A stretch of 32,000 nt of DNA from Chthoniobacteraceae bacterium (lineage in GTDB: Bacteria; Verrucomicrobiota; Verrucomicrobiia; Chthoniobacterales; Chthoniobacteraceae). The first letter of the stretch is position 1, and each line of letters begins with the position of its first letter. This document shows, piece after piece, positions 1-8,392 of the stretch. The DNA lies in NCBI GenBank assembly GCA_044221185.1, contig JBGAPP010000016.1, forward strand, positions 46,652-78,651. Direction: 5' to 3'. The notes beneath the pieces were generated by a model, which worked only from the letters and a program-made list of their open reading frames with translations, had not been told where the DNA came from and did no database searches. Made by a program: the position numbers and the translations under genes.

Positions 1-250
1 GGGTTGGCGCGAGGACGAGCGTGCGCGTGCGTCGCGGCGTGCCGTCATTGATACTCCCCGCCATGCGCGCGAGGATCGGCAGCGTGAAGGCCGCTGTCTT
101 TCCAGTGCCCGTCTGCGCGATGCCGATCACATCGTGCCCCGCGAGGACGTGCGGAATCGCCGCCGCCTGAATGGGCGTGGGCTCCGTGTAGCCGGCTTCC
201 TGGATTGCTTTGTAAATTTTGTCGCCGAGACCGAGTTCGCGAAATGGCAT
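1..250 (-). CDS. DEAD-box ATP-dependent RNA helicase, N-terminal part (runs off the window edge)
   Basis: Reverse-strand translation from ATG (complement of 248-250) reads MPFRELGLGDKIYKAIQEAGYTEPTPIQAAAIPHVLAGHDVIGIAQTGTGKTAAFTLPILARM... It contains the Q-motif (GYTEPTPIQ) and motif I/Walker A (AQTGTGKT) of DEAD-box helicases. It is absent from the ORF track because it is truncated; track ORF 45..263 is in another frame. Confidence 0.85.
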   Translation of the reverse strand, partial: MPFRELGLGDKIYKAIQEAGYTEPTPIQAAAIPHVLAGHDVIGIAQTGTGKTAAFTLPILARMAGSINDGTPRRTRTLVLAPT

Positions 251-306
251 AGCCCCGCACCATGAGGCTCCGGCGGAAAAAGGGAAACTACTTCGCGCGG
301 GGGCGG

Positions 307-1722
307 CTACTTTGACAGCCGGTCGAGGACGTTGCGCGTGATGCGCTCCACGGCTTTGTCGCCGCCGCGCAGGCCGTGCGACCAGTCGGTCGTCGCCGCG
401 GTGAAGACGGTGCCGCCCTTCGTGTAGATGCCCATGCATGCCGCGCCGGTGCGGCCCTTCTCCCAGCGCTCATACCACTCGGCGTCGTCGGGATGCCACC
501 GCACGGGGCATGTGCCGAGCACGGTGAAGCTCTCGGGCGTGCCATCCTTGTGCGTGGCAAAGGGAAGGCCGTCGCGCCATTCGAGTTCGCAGCCGTCGCA
601 CTCGTAGCCGACGATCGTGTCCTTGCCGCCGAAGACATCGCCGCGCTTCAGCCCCGTGCCCTCGAAGACCCAGTGCTCCGGGCGGTGCACAGTGTATTCG
701 GCCGGGTCGTTCATGAACTGCCCGTGGCTCTGCCGGTAGCCGCCCCACAGGAAGCCGACGCCGGTGAGCTGGTTTTCCGGGCGCTGCAAAAGGTGGTGGC
801 TCCACGCGGTGGAGAGCGTCTTGAACTCGCGCGTCTGATACACGGGGTCGGCGAAGTAGTGCTGCTTGAAGCACGTGAACGCGCGGCCCGCGTCCTCGCT
901 GCGCACCTGCCAGCACACGGAGTTGCCGCTGAAGAACGCCGCATTGCCTCCCTGCGCGATGAACGCCTCAAGATGGTCGCGCATCGGCCCGCTCCAGTAT
1001 TCGTCGTGGCCGACGCTCAGCACGAGGCGGTAGTTTTTCAGAATCTCGGGGCGGAACTCGAGGTCGGCGTTCGTCGCGTAGTCGAGCTCGTAGCCGCTGC
1101 GCTCGCACCATTGCACAAACGGCAGCTCCCACCTCGCAAACTGCGACGAAAGCGGGCGCTCGAACGACACGCGGCTGCCCTGGTTCTTCGCGAGGCCGTT
1201 GTAGGCATACACGCTGAAGCCGCCCCAGTTCGTGTAGGCGTTGTAGGTGTTCGTGCAGAGCTGGAGCAGGATTTTTGTCCGCTTCCCCGGCTCGGCGGGA
1301 CGGACGACGAAGAACGCCTCGCTTTCCGCGGTGCGCCTGCCGCGGTGCGTCCATTTTCCGCCGCTGTCGGCGATGGAAAAGCGCGCGGTGTAGTAGCCGC
1401 TCTTCCAGTCCTTGCCGATGGGCACCCGGAATGTCTCCGGCCAGCGGCAGCCCATCGACGCCGCGTCCTCCGGCACCGGATGCGTCTGCCCCGGAAGGTC
1501 CTTCTTGCTCCAGACGACTTCGGTCTTCTGTCCGACGCGCGCGATTTCCACGGTGAACTTCGGCGTGCTCGACGAGATGCAGAACGCCAGCTCGTCGCCC
1601 GGCGCGACGCTGAGCTGTGCGGCGTAGCCCTCGATGAAAAGCGGTGGCGCTTCGGCGGCGTGCGCATGGAGGGAGAGCAGAAGGGTGCAGAGGAGGAGGC
1701 GGAGCATTTTCATGAGGTTCAT
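307..1722 (-). CDS. Secreted N,N-dimethylformamidase beta-subunit-like family protein
   Basis: Part of track ORF 307..2016. I place the start at MNLMKMLRLLLCTLLLSLHAHAAEAP (hydrophobic signal peptide; ATG is the complement of 1720-1722). The body has LQLCTNTYNAYTNWGG and GHDEYWS segments that I recognise from DMFase large-subunit-like proteins. The family assignment is from memory, not a search. Confidence 0.65.
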   Translation of the reverse strand: MNLMKMLRLLLCTLLLSLHAHAAEAPPLFIEGYAAQLSVAPGDELAFCISSSTPKFTVEIARVGQKTEVVWSKKDLPGQTHPVPEDAASMGCRWPETFRVPIGKDWKSGYYTARFSIADSGGKWTHRGRRTAESEAFFVVRPAEPGKRTKILLQLCTNTYNAYTNWGGFSVYAYNGLAKNQGSRVSFERPLSSQFARWELPFVQWCERSGYELDYATNADLEFRPEILKNYRLVLSVGHDEYWSGPMRDHLEAFIAQGGNAAFFSGNSVCWQVRSEDAGRAFTCFKQHYFADPVYQTREFKTLSTAWSHHLLQRPENQLTGVGFLWGGYRQSHGQFMNDPAEYTVHRPEHWVFEGTGLKRGDVFGGKDTIVGYECDGCELEWRDGLPFATHKDGTPESFTVLGTCPVRWHPDDAEWYERWEKGRTGAACMGIYTKGGTVFTAATTDWSHGLRGGDKAVERITRNVLDRLSK

Positions 1723-1807
1723 GAGGGTGAGGTCGGTCGGGCTTGGGTGATTCCACAAAAACCGCGGAGTTGCTGCAATGGAATACGCCGGGCAGGGTTG
1801 TCCCTGC

Positions 1808-2956
1808 ATGAAATCCTCCCGCTCCTGCATCGCGCTGCTCGCCGTGCTGCTGATGGTGGGTGTAGCTCGCGCGGAACGGCCGCAGAGTGAGGTGCCGCCG
1901 GAGATGCGGCTCGAAGCACGGCCCTCGGGCGCTCCGGAGCCTGCGGACAATCCCTCGACTCCGGAAAAGGTGGCGCTCGGCCGACTATTGTTTTTCGACC
2001 CGATCCTGTCCGCCACGCAAACGGTCGCGTGCGCGACGTGCCATCATCCGAAATTCGCGTGGGCCGATGCGCGCGCGACTCCGCTCGGCGTCGGGGCGAG
2101 CGGGCTTGGCCCCGCGCGCATTCTCGATGGAAAAGCGGCCGTCGCACCGCTCATGCGGAATGTGCCATCGCTGCTGAACGTCGGCTTCAACGGCATCGTC
2201 GCAGGAAAGAGGCCCGACGCAAAATCCGCACCAATGTTTTGGGACGCACGTGAGCAAGGCCTCGAAGCGCAGGCGCTGCACCCGCTTCGCTCCCGCGACG
2301 AAATGCGCGGGGACGCCTGCGTGGAGGCCGATGCCATTGAATCCGCTGCGACACGCGTGCGGAGCATCGCGGAATACCGCTCGCTCTTCGCGAAGGCGTT
2401 TCCCGGTTCGCAGGGTGATGGGGTGAGTGCGGACAATCTCGCCAAGGCCGTCGCCGCATTTGAGCGCTCGCTCGTCGCAGCAGATTCTCCGTTCGACCGC
2501 CATCAGCGCGGCGTGGGTCCGCCGCTCACTGCGGCGCAGGAGCACGGACTGCAAATTTTCCAGAGCGCCGGCTGCATCCATTGCCACGGTGGGCCGATGT
2601 TTTCGGACTTCAAGCTGCACTTCATCGGCGTGAGCGACTCCACACCGGGCGGACGCCGCGAATTCCGCACGCCAACACTGCGCAATCTCCGCCACACCGC
2701 GCCCTTCATGCACAACGGCTCGCTGCGCTCCCTCGACGACGTGCTCCTCTTCTACGAGCAGCTCTCCGACGCTGTGAGCGAGACGCTCGACGGCGGCGAC
2801 GCCGCGCATCCACCGCTCGACCCGCTGCTGAAGCACCTCAACTTGGGCGCCGAGGAATTCCCAGACCTCAAGGTGTTCCTCGAAATGCTCAACGACGACG
2901 GCTACGACAAAACCGCGCCGCCGCACGTGCCGAGCGGCCTTCCAGTTCCCCGATGA
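1808..2956 (+). CDS. Di-heme cytochrome c peroxidase (CCP/MauG family)
   Basis: Two CxxCH heme motifs (VACATCHHP and AGCIHCHGGP). Also FWDAREQGLEAQA, FRTPTLRNL and APFMHNGS, typical of bacterial CCP. Start chosen at MKSSRSCIALLAVLLMVGVARA (signal peptide) inside track ORF 1778..2956. Confidence 0.85.
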   Translation: MKSSRSCIALLAVLLMVGVARAERPQSEVPPEMRLEARPSGAPEPADNPSTPEKVALGRLLFFDPILSATQTVACATCHHPKFAWADARATPLGVGASGLGPARILDGKAAVAPLMRNVPSLLNVGFNGIVAGKRPDAKSAPMFWDAREQGLEAQALHPLRSRDEMRGDACVEADAIESAATRVRSIAEYRSLFAKAFPGSQGDGVSADNLAKAVAAFERSLVAADSPFDRHQRGVGPPLTAAQEHGLQIFQSAGCIHCHGGPMFSDFKLHFIGVSDSTPGGRREFRTPTLRNLRHTAPFMHNGSLRSLDDVLLFYEQLSDAVSETLDGGDAAHPPLDPLLKHLNLGAEEFPDLKVFLEMLNDDGYDKTAPPHVPSGLPVPR

Positions 2957-5900
2957 AAACCCCGCCCGCTTCACTCAGCATCCTGTCCGCGACCCTGCTC
3001 GTCGGGGCATCCGCATCCGCGCAGACCGTTCCAGCGCAGCGTCCGCGCACGCGCCCGGCATCCGCGCTCACGGGCCTCGCGGAGTGGGAGAAAGGCGAGG
3101 AGTTGCTGAAGCGCATCAAGGTCCCGCCCGCGCCGGTGCTGTCGGCTGAGGAGGAGATGAAGACTTTCAAAATGGCGCCGGGCTACCGCGTCGAACTCGT
3201 CGCCGCCGAGCCGCTCATGCACAACCCGATCTTCTTCGAGATCGATCCCGACGGCCGGCTGTGGGTCGTCGAGTATCAGGGCTACATGCGCGACCTCGCG
3301 GGAACGGGCGAGGGCGATCCGATCTGCCGCGTAGTCGTGCTCGAGGACACCGACGGTGACGGACGCATGGACCGGAGCGCCGTCTTCCTCGACAAGCTCG
3401 TGATGCCGCGCTCGTTCGCCTTTGTGAAAGGCGGCCTGCTGTTGCAGGAGCCGCCGAAGCTGTGGTTCTGCGAGGACTTCGACGGCGACCTTCACTGCGA
3501 CCGGAAAACCGAGGTCGGCAACCTCGGTCTCGCCGGAAATCCGCAGCACACCGCGAACGGCCTGCGCTACGGCATCGACAACTGGCTGCACAACGCCGAC
3601 TGGCCGCGCAAGCACCGCTGGCGCGACGGCAAGCTCATCGGCGAAAACACGGCCCACCGAGGGCAGTTCGGCGTCACCTTCGATGAGACCGGCCGCTTTT
3701 TCTCCTGCTATGAAAACCGCGCGCTCACTGCGGACCTGATCCCTGCGGATTATCTGATGCGGAATGCGAACTTGAAGAAGGTGTTCGAGCGCGGCGGTGG
3801 CGACCGCAGCGCGTTCGGCGTGAATGTGGATGCCGGCGCGCGTGCGCAGGAGGTCTTTCCGATTCGCGTCACGCCCGCTGTCACGCTTGGCGCGTTGGAA
3901 CTGCGCGACGACGGACGGCTGCGCACCTACACGATCGCGAGCGGCGTCTGCTGCTACGACGGCCACCAGTTCCCCGACGATGCGCGCGGAAATTTCATCG
4001 TGCCCGAATCCGGCGGCCACCTGCTCGGCCGGCTTGTGCTGCCGCCCGGCATCGCGCCGCTGGCCACGCGCTTTTATCCGCCGGAGCAGGAGCTGCTCGC
4101 TTCGACGGACGAGCGCTTCCGCCCCGTGAATGCGCGTGTCGGCCCCGACGGCGCGCTATACGTCGCCGACCTGTGTCACGGCATCATCGAGCATGTGATC
4201 TTCATGGTGCCGTGGCTCGCGAAGCAAATTCAGGAGCGCCATCTCGACGACGGAAATGATCGCGGCCGCATCTGGCGTGTCGTCGCGGAAGGCCGCCCGA
4301 TCGACCGCAGGCCGCCGCGCCTCTCGACGGCATCGAGTGCGGAACTCGTGAAGACGCTCGCGCACCCCAACGGCTGGCACCGCATCACCGCGCAGCGCCT
4401 GCTCGTCGAGCGCGGCGACGCGGGCGCCGTGCCCGCGCTTCGAGAGGCGGCGAGGAATGCCGTGCCCCTCGGCAGGCTCCACGCGCTGTGGGCGCTCGAC
4501 GGAATGGATGCGCTGGATGCCGATGCGCGGCTCGCCGCGCTGAAGGATCCGGACGAGCGCGTGCGGTCCGCTGCGGTCCGCCTCGCCGAGCGCGATCCGA
4601 GCCCGGCCACTCTTGCCGCCCTTGCGCCGCTCGTCGCAGATGCGAGCGAACCGGTGCGGCTGCAACTTGCTCTCACGCTCGGCGCCTTTCGCGAACCGCA
4701 GGCCGTCGCGCTGCTGGAAACACTGCTTACACAGAACACGCATCCGCTTTTCCGCACTGCCGCGGCGACAGGGCTCGGGGGGCGCGAACTGGAGTTTCTC
4801 GCCGGCTGGCTGCAGAACCACGGTGAGAGTGAGGTGACGCCCGCGCTCGTGGCGCTGCTGGCGAAATGCGTGCTCGAGGAATCCGAGCCGGCGCGCATCG
4901 CGTCGTTGATCGACCTGCTTTCGAAAACCCCCGCAGCGCATCCCGCAGCGCGCGACGCGCTTCTCGCGGTCTTTGCCGAAACCCGGCCGCCGAAGCCGTT
5001 TGCGCTCGCAGGCGAACCCCGCGTGCTGACCTCGCTGCTTCGCGATCCGAAATCGGCCCCGCTCGCGCAGCGCGCGCTCAGCGTCGTCACGTGGCCGGGT
5101 GCCGATGCGGCGAAGACACTCACGCCCGGCGCGCCGCCGCTCACCGCCGAGCAGCAGCGCCTCGTGGATGCGGGGCGCGAAGTCTATTCGACGATTTGCG
5201 CTGCATGCCATCAGCCGCACGGTGGCGGCGGTGCGGGAGTGGCGCCTCCGCTCGCGGGCAGCGACTGGGTGAGCGGCCCGCCGAAGCGGCTGGCGCGTGT
5301 TGTCCTCCACGGCCTCTACGGGCCCATCGAGGTGAACGGCCAACGCTGGAATCTCCACATGCCCGGCCTCGGCGCGTCCGGGATTTTGAGCGACGAGAAA
5401 ATCGCGGGTGTGCTCAGCTACGTGCGCCGCGCGTGGGGCAACACCTCCGCGCCTGTCGAGCCATCCATCATCACGAGCGTGCGCAAGGAAACCGCGGCCC
5501 GCACATTCCCGTGGCGCGCGGAGGAGCTTGGTTTTCAAAATGCCGCGCAAGCCGACGCCGGAGCGATCAAGCCCGCGGCGAACGGTGAACTCCTCCTGCC
5601 CGCGCGCCTTGCCACGACCTACGGCCAGCGGCTTGCCTACCGTCCGTCGCTCGACATTCTCGGCCCATGGCGCGTGAAGGACGACGTTGCGGGCTGGAGC
5701 GTCGAAGTTTCCGGCGACGGCAGCTACGAGGTGTTCGTGACGCTCGCCGCCGATTCTGCGTCCGCGAGCAATCGCTTCCGCATCGAGACCGAGGTCGACA
5801 GCACGACGGCGGCGGTGCAGTCGAGCGGGGCATTCGACCGTTTCCATGAGTTCTCCGCCGGCCGCGTCCCGCTGCGTGCGGGTGTGAACCGCATCCTCAT

Positions 5901-5970
5901 GCGCGTCGACGGCCCGCTGCGCAATGAACTCGCCGACGTGCGCGCGCTGCGGCTCGTGCCGGTGAAGTGA
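2953..5970 (+). CDS. PVC-type heme-binding CxxCH protein (membrane-bound dehydrogenase-like beta-propeller + HEAT repeats + cytochrome c domain + C-terminal beta-sandwich)
   Basis: Start MKTPPASLSILSATLLVGASASAQ (signal peptide); its ATG overlaps the CCP stop (ATGA at 2953-2956). FKMAPGYRVELVAAEPLMHNPI is typical of the Planctomycetes/Verrucomicrobia dehydrogenase-domain family. HEAT-like repeats are present (HPNGWHRITAQRLLVERGD..., DPDERVRSAAVRLA). CxxCH (CAACH) lies at 5197-5211. The first ~124 aa of track ORF 2581..5970 overlap CCP and are not coding. Confidence 0.8.
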   Translation: MKTPPASLSILSATLLVGASASAQTVPAQRPRTRPASALTGLAEWEKGEELLKRIKVPPAPVLSAEEEMKTFKMAPGYRVELVAAEPLMHNPIFFEIDPDGRLWVVEYQGYMRDLAGTGEGDPICRVVVLEDTDGDGRMDRSAVFLDKLVMPRSFAFVKGGLLLQEPPKLWFCEDFDGDLHCDRKTEVGNLGLAGNPQHTANGLRYGIDNWLHNADWPRKHRWRDGKLIGENTAHRGQFGVTFDETGRFFSCYENRALTADLIPADYLMRNANLKKVFERGGGDRSAFGVNVDAGARAQEVFPIRVTPAVTLGALELRDDGRLRTYTIASGVCCYDGHQFPDDARGNFIVPESGGHLLGRLVLPPGIAPLATRFYPPEQELLASTDERFRPVNARVGPDGALYVADLCHGIIEHVIFMVPWLAKQIQERHLDDGNDRGRIWRVVAEGRPIDRRPPRLSTASSAELVKTLAHPNGWHRITAQRLLVERGDAGAVPALREAARNAVPLGRLHALWALDGMDALDADARLAALKDPDERVRSAAVRLAERDPSPATLAALAPLVADASEPVRLQLALTLGAFREPQAVALLETLLTQNTHPLFRTAAATGLGGRELEFLAGWLQNHGESEVTPALVALLAKCVLEESEPARIASLIDLLSKTPAAHPAARDALLAVFAETRPPKPFALAGEPRVLTSLLRDPKSAPLAQRALSVVTWPGADAAKTLTPGAPPLTAEQQRLVDAGREVYSTICAACHQPHGGGGAGVAPPLAGSDWVSGPPKRLARVVLHGLYGPIEVNGQRWNLHMPGLGASGILSDEKIAGVLSYVRRAWGNTSAPVEPSIITSVRKETAARTFPWRAEELGFQNAAQADAGAIKPAANGELLLPARLATTYGQRLAYRPSLDILGPWRVKDDVAGWSVEVSGDGSYEVFVTLAADSASASNRFRIETEVDSTTAAVQSSGAFDRFHEFSAGRVPLRAGVNRILMRVDGPLRNELADVRALRLVPVK

Positions 5971-5982
5971 GGATGCCGCTGG

Positions 5983-7293
5983 TCAGAGGGCGACTGTCCG
6001 TCCGGCGATGGGGATTTCGTAGAGTCCGTGTTCGTCCGGACGCACGGGCGGCGCGGCATCCATGCCCGTGATGTCGGGCGCGAGCCGGAGGTTGGAATTC
6101 AGCGCGGCATCCCACTCGACGATCTTTCCCGAGTAGGCGGCCATGCGGCCCATGATCGCGGTCATCGTGCTCTTCGCGCCATACTCGGCCTCATTGTAGG
6201 GCAGGTCGTGGCGGATGGCATGGAAGAAGTCGTCGTGCTCCTGCTGGTAGGGGTTCTCCACGCGGTCCGAGCGCATCTCCCACGGGTTCTTTCCTGTGAT
6301 GGAGTAAATCTCCCGGCCGTCGAAAAAGTCCGCGCGGCCCGTGCTGCCGACGGCGTGGTTTGCGACGCTTGCCCAGCAGCCTGGACGGCGATCACATTCA
6401 CCGAAGAGCCGTCCGCCGCCCGCGTATTCCCACTCGACGGCGAAGTGGTCGAAGAGGTTGCCGTAGTCCGGGCTGCGCTCGCTCAGCGCGCCCATGCCGT
6501 GCGCGCGCACCGGGTAGCCGCCGTGGAGCCAGTTCGAGATGTCGATGCCGTGGACGAGGTTGTCCACGATGAAGTCCGCCGAGAGCCACGAGAAGTAATA
6601 CCAGTTGCGGAGCTGGTATTCGAGCTCGCCCACCTCCGGCTTGCGTTTGAGGCCGGTGCGCAGCGGCGTGTTTGCAAAGGAGCGCGTGTAGATGAGGTCG
6701 CCGATCTGCCCCGCGTGGATGCGCTTCACCATTTCCTGGAAGCCCTTCTTGTGCCGCCGCTGGAAGCCGACCGCGACCTTCAGGTTCTTCTTCTTCGCCT
6801 CCTCCGCCGCGGCGAGCACGCGCCGGACGCCCGGCGCATCCACGGCGACCGGTTTCTCGATGAACACGTGTTTGCCCATCCGCACCGCCTCCTCGAAATG
6901 CGCCGGCCGAAATGCGCACGGCGTCGCGAGGATCACGACATCCGCGGCTGCGATGGCCTGCTTGTAGGCGTCGAAGCCGGTGAACTGCCGCTCCTGCGGC
7001 ACATCCACGCGGTGCTCCTGCTGCGCGCGCAGCGCGTTGAATCCGACGGCGAGCTTGTCGGGGAAGAGATCCGCCATCGCGACGAGCTTCGTGTTGCTGT
7101 CGGCGTTGAGCGCCTGGTTCGCCGCGCCCGCGCCGCGGCCACCGCAGCCGACGAGCGCGAGCTTCAGGAGTTCATTTCCGCCCTGTCCGCGGCTGATCAT
7201 CGGGAATCCAACAGAGGCAGTCGCCGCGAGCGCGGTGGCGGACTTTGCGAGGAACGTGCGGCGGGGGAGCGGATGGTTGGAGGCGGGTTTCAT
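5983..7293 (-). CDS. Gfo/Idh/MocA family oxidoreductase with twin-arginine (Tat) signal
   Basis: Start MKPASNHPLPRRTFLAKSATALAATASVG (RRTFL Tat motif; ATG is the complement of 7291-7293). Rossmann motif LALVGCGGRGAGAA, followed by EKPVAVD, typical of Gfo/Idh/MocA. Confidence 0.85.
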   Translation of the reverse strand: MKPASNHPLPRRTFLAKSATALAATASVGFPMISRGQGGNELLKLALVGCGGRGAGAANQALNADSNTKLVAMADLFPDKLAVGFNALRAQQEHRVDVPQERQFTGFDAYKQAIAAADVVILATPCAFRPAHFEEAVRMGKHVFIEKPVAVDAPGVRRVLAAAEEAKKKNLKVAVGFQRRHKKGFQEMVKRIHAGQIGDLIYTRSFANTPLRTGLKRKPEVGELEYQLRNWYYFSWLSADFIVDNLVHGIDISNWLHGGYPVRAHGMGALSERSPDYGNLFDHFAVEWEYAGGGRLFGECDRRPGCWASVANHAVGSTGRADFFDGREIYSITGKNPWEMRSDRVENPYQQEHDDFFHAIRHDLPYNEAEYGAKSTMTAIMGRMAAYSGKIVEWDAALNSNLRLAPDITGMDAAPPVRPDEHGLYEIPIAGRTVAL

Positions 7294-7451
7294 GCGAGGA
7301 CGATGCGGTGCGGAAATTGTGTAACCCCGCCGGAGGGCGGGCGCTGTGATATTTTGTCGGTGAATGTGACCGAGGGAGCCCGCAGCTTCCGTCTTGCCGC
7401 TGCGATTCCGCCGCACCTACGCTGCGGCAAAGCGCCACCTTCCCCAGAGCC

Positions 7452-8234
7452 ATGAACACCCCGAAGCCAGCCGCGATCCTCAAAGACAAGCTCCTCAAGG
7501 GCCACGCCGTTTACGGCACGCTCATCCAGCACGCGGTCGTGCCGGCGATCGTGGATTTCATTCCGGAAAACTCGGTGGACTTCGTGATCGTGAGCGCGGA
7601 GCACAACGCCCTCGACATCGCCGACTTCATGCCGCTGCGCTACGCGCTCGCCGCAAAGGGAATCGCGTGCCTCGCGCGGACGCACAGCCGCGACGCCGAC
7701 GACGTGGCGAAGGTCTGCGACTCATTCGACGGCGTCGTCATCCCGTATGCCGAGGATGTGGAGATGATCAGGCGGCTCGCTGCCGCCGCCGTTTTCCGCC
7801 CGCTCAAGGGCGTCGCGCTCGAGCGTGTGATCCAGGAAGGCAAGTGGCCCAGCGAGAAGACGCGCCATTACGTGGCCGAGCAGAAATGCGCCGACACGAT
7901 GTTCATCCCGATGATCGAGTCGGTCCGTGCGGTCGAGAACCTCGAAGCCATCTGCGCGATTCCCGGTGTCAGCGCGCTCTTCATCGGACCCAACGACATG
8001 ACGACGAACATGGGCATCCCGAACGAATACGACAGTCCGGAGCTCATCGCGGTCATCCAGCGCATCATCGACACGGCCGACAAGCGCCACATCCCCGCGG
8101 GCTGCTGGTTCGGGAAGCCTGAGCAGGCTCTGCGCACGATCCGGCAAGGCGCGCGCTTCGTGGTGTATTCAAACGACAGCAGCATGCTGAAGGATGCGAT
8201 GATTGCGGCGTTCACGCAGCTCAGGAGGGGGTAG
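7452..8234 (+). CDS. HpcH/HpaI-family aldolase (2-keto-3-deoxy-acid aldolase-like)
   Basis: 260-aa ORF with DFVIVSAEHNALD, FIPMIESVRAVENLEAI and LFIGPNDMTTNMG motifs, characteristic of HpcH/HpaI aldolase/citrate-lyase-beta-like TIM barrels. Confidence 0.8.
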   Translation: MNTPKPAAILKDKLLKGHAVYGTLIQHAVVPAIVDFIPENSVDFVIVSAEHNALDIADFMPLRYALAAKGIACLARTHSRDADDVAKVCDSFDGVVIPYAEDVEMIRRLAAAAVFRPLKGVALERVIQEGKWPSEKTRHYVAEQKCADTMFIPMIESVRAVENLEAICAIPGVSALFIGPNDMTTNMGIPNEYDSPELIAVIQRIIDTADKRHIPAGCWFGKPEQALRTIRQGARFVVYSNDSSMLKDAMIAAFTQLRRG

Positions 8235-8378
8235 CGCGGTCTGCGATCGTCCAGCGTCCGGCCGAGACTTGGAATTCGGACGCGGCCCGGGCGGTGGCCA
8301 TTTTTTAACCGGCTTGCCAAGCCCGCGCGGCTTCATGCAGATGCACGCCTGCCACCCCATGCTCTCGCCCGCGTCCGC

Positions 8379-8383
8379 GGAGG
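8379..8383 (+). promoter_or_regulatory. Shine-Dalgarno-like GGAGG ahead of the RyR-operon first gene
   Basis: GGAGG sits 9 nt upstream of the ATG at 8393. Confidence 0.45.
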
Positions 8384-8392
8384 TTCATCACC

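Noticed and set aside
45-263. Track ORF 45..263 (-), 72 aa
   Set aside because: It is in a different frame from the DEAD-box helicase reading frame that starts at 250, which contains the Q-motif and AQTGTGKT. The 72-aa translation is featureless.
376-7455. Long antisense or out-of-frame ORFs over the core genes (e.g. 376..1890 +, 1985..2974 -, 2971..4020 -, 4156..5847 -, 6028..7455 +)
   Set aside because: Each lies opposite a gene with strong family motifs (DMFase-like, CCP, PVC heme protein, Gfo/Idh/MocA), and each has a composition typical of non-coding frames in GC-rich DNA.
8235-8392. Rho-independent terminator after the aldolase gene (GGCC...GGCCATTTTTT around 8286-8306)
   Set aside because: Only a 4-bp stem could be drawn ahead of the T-run, which is too weak to call.
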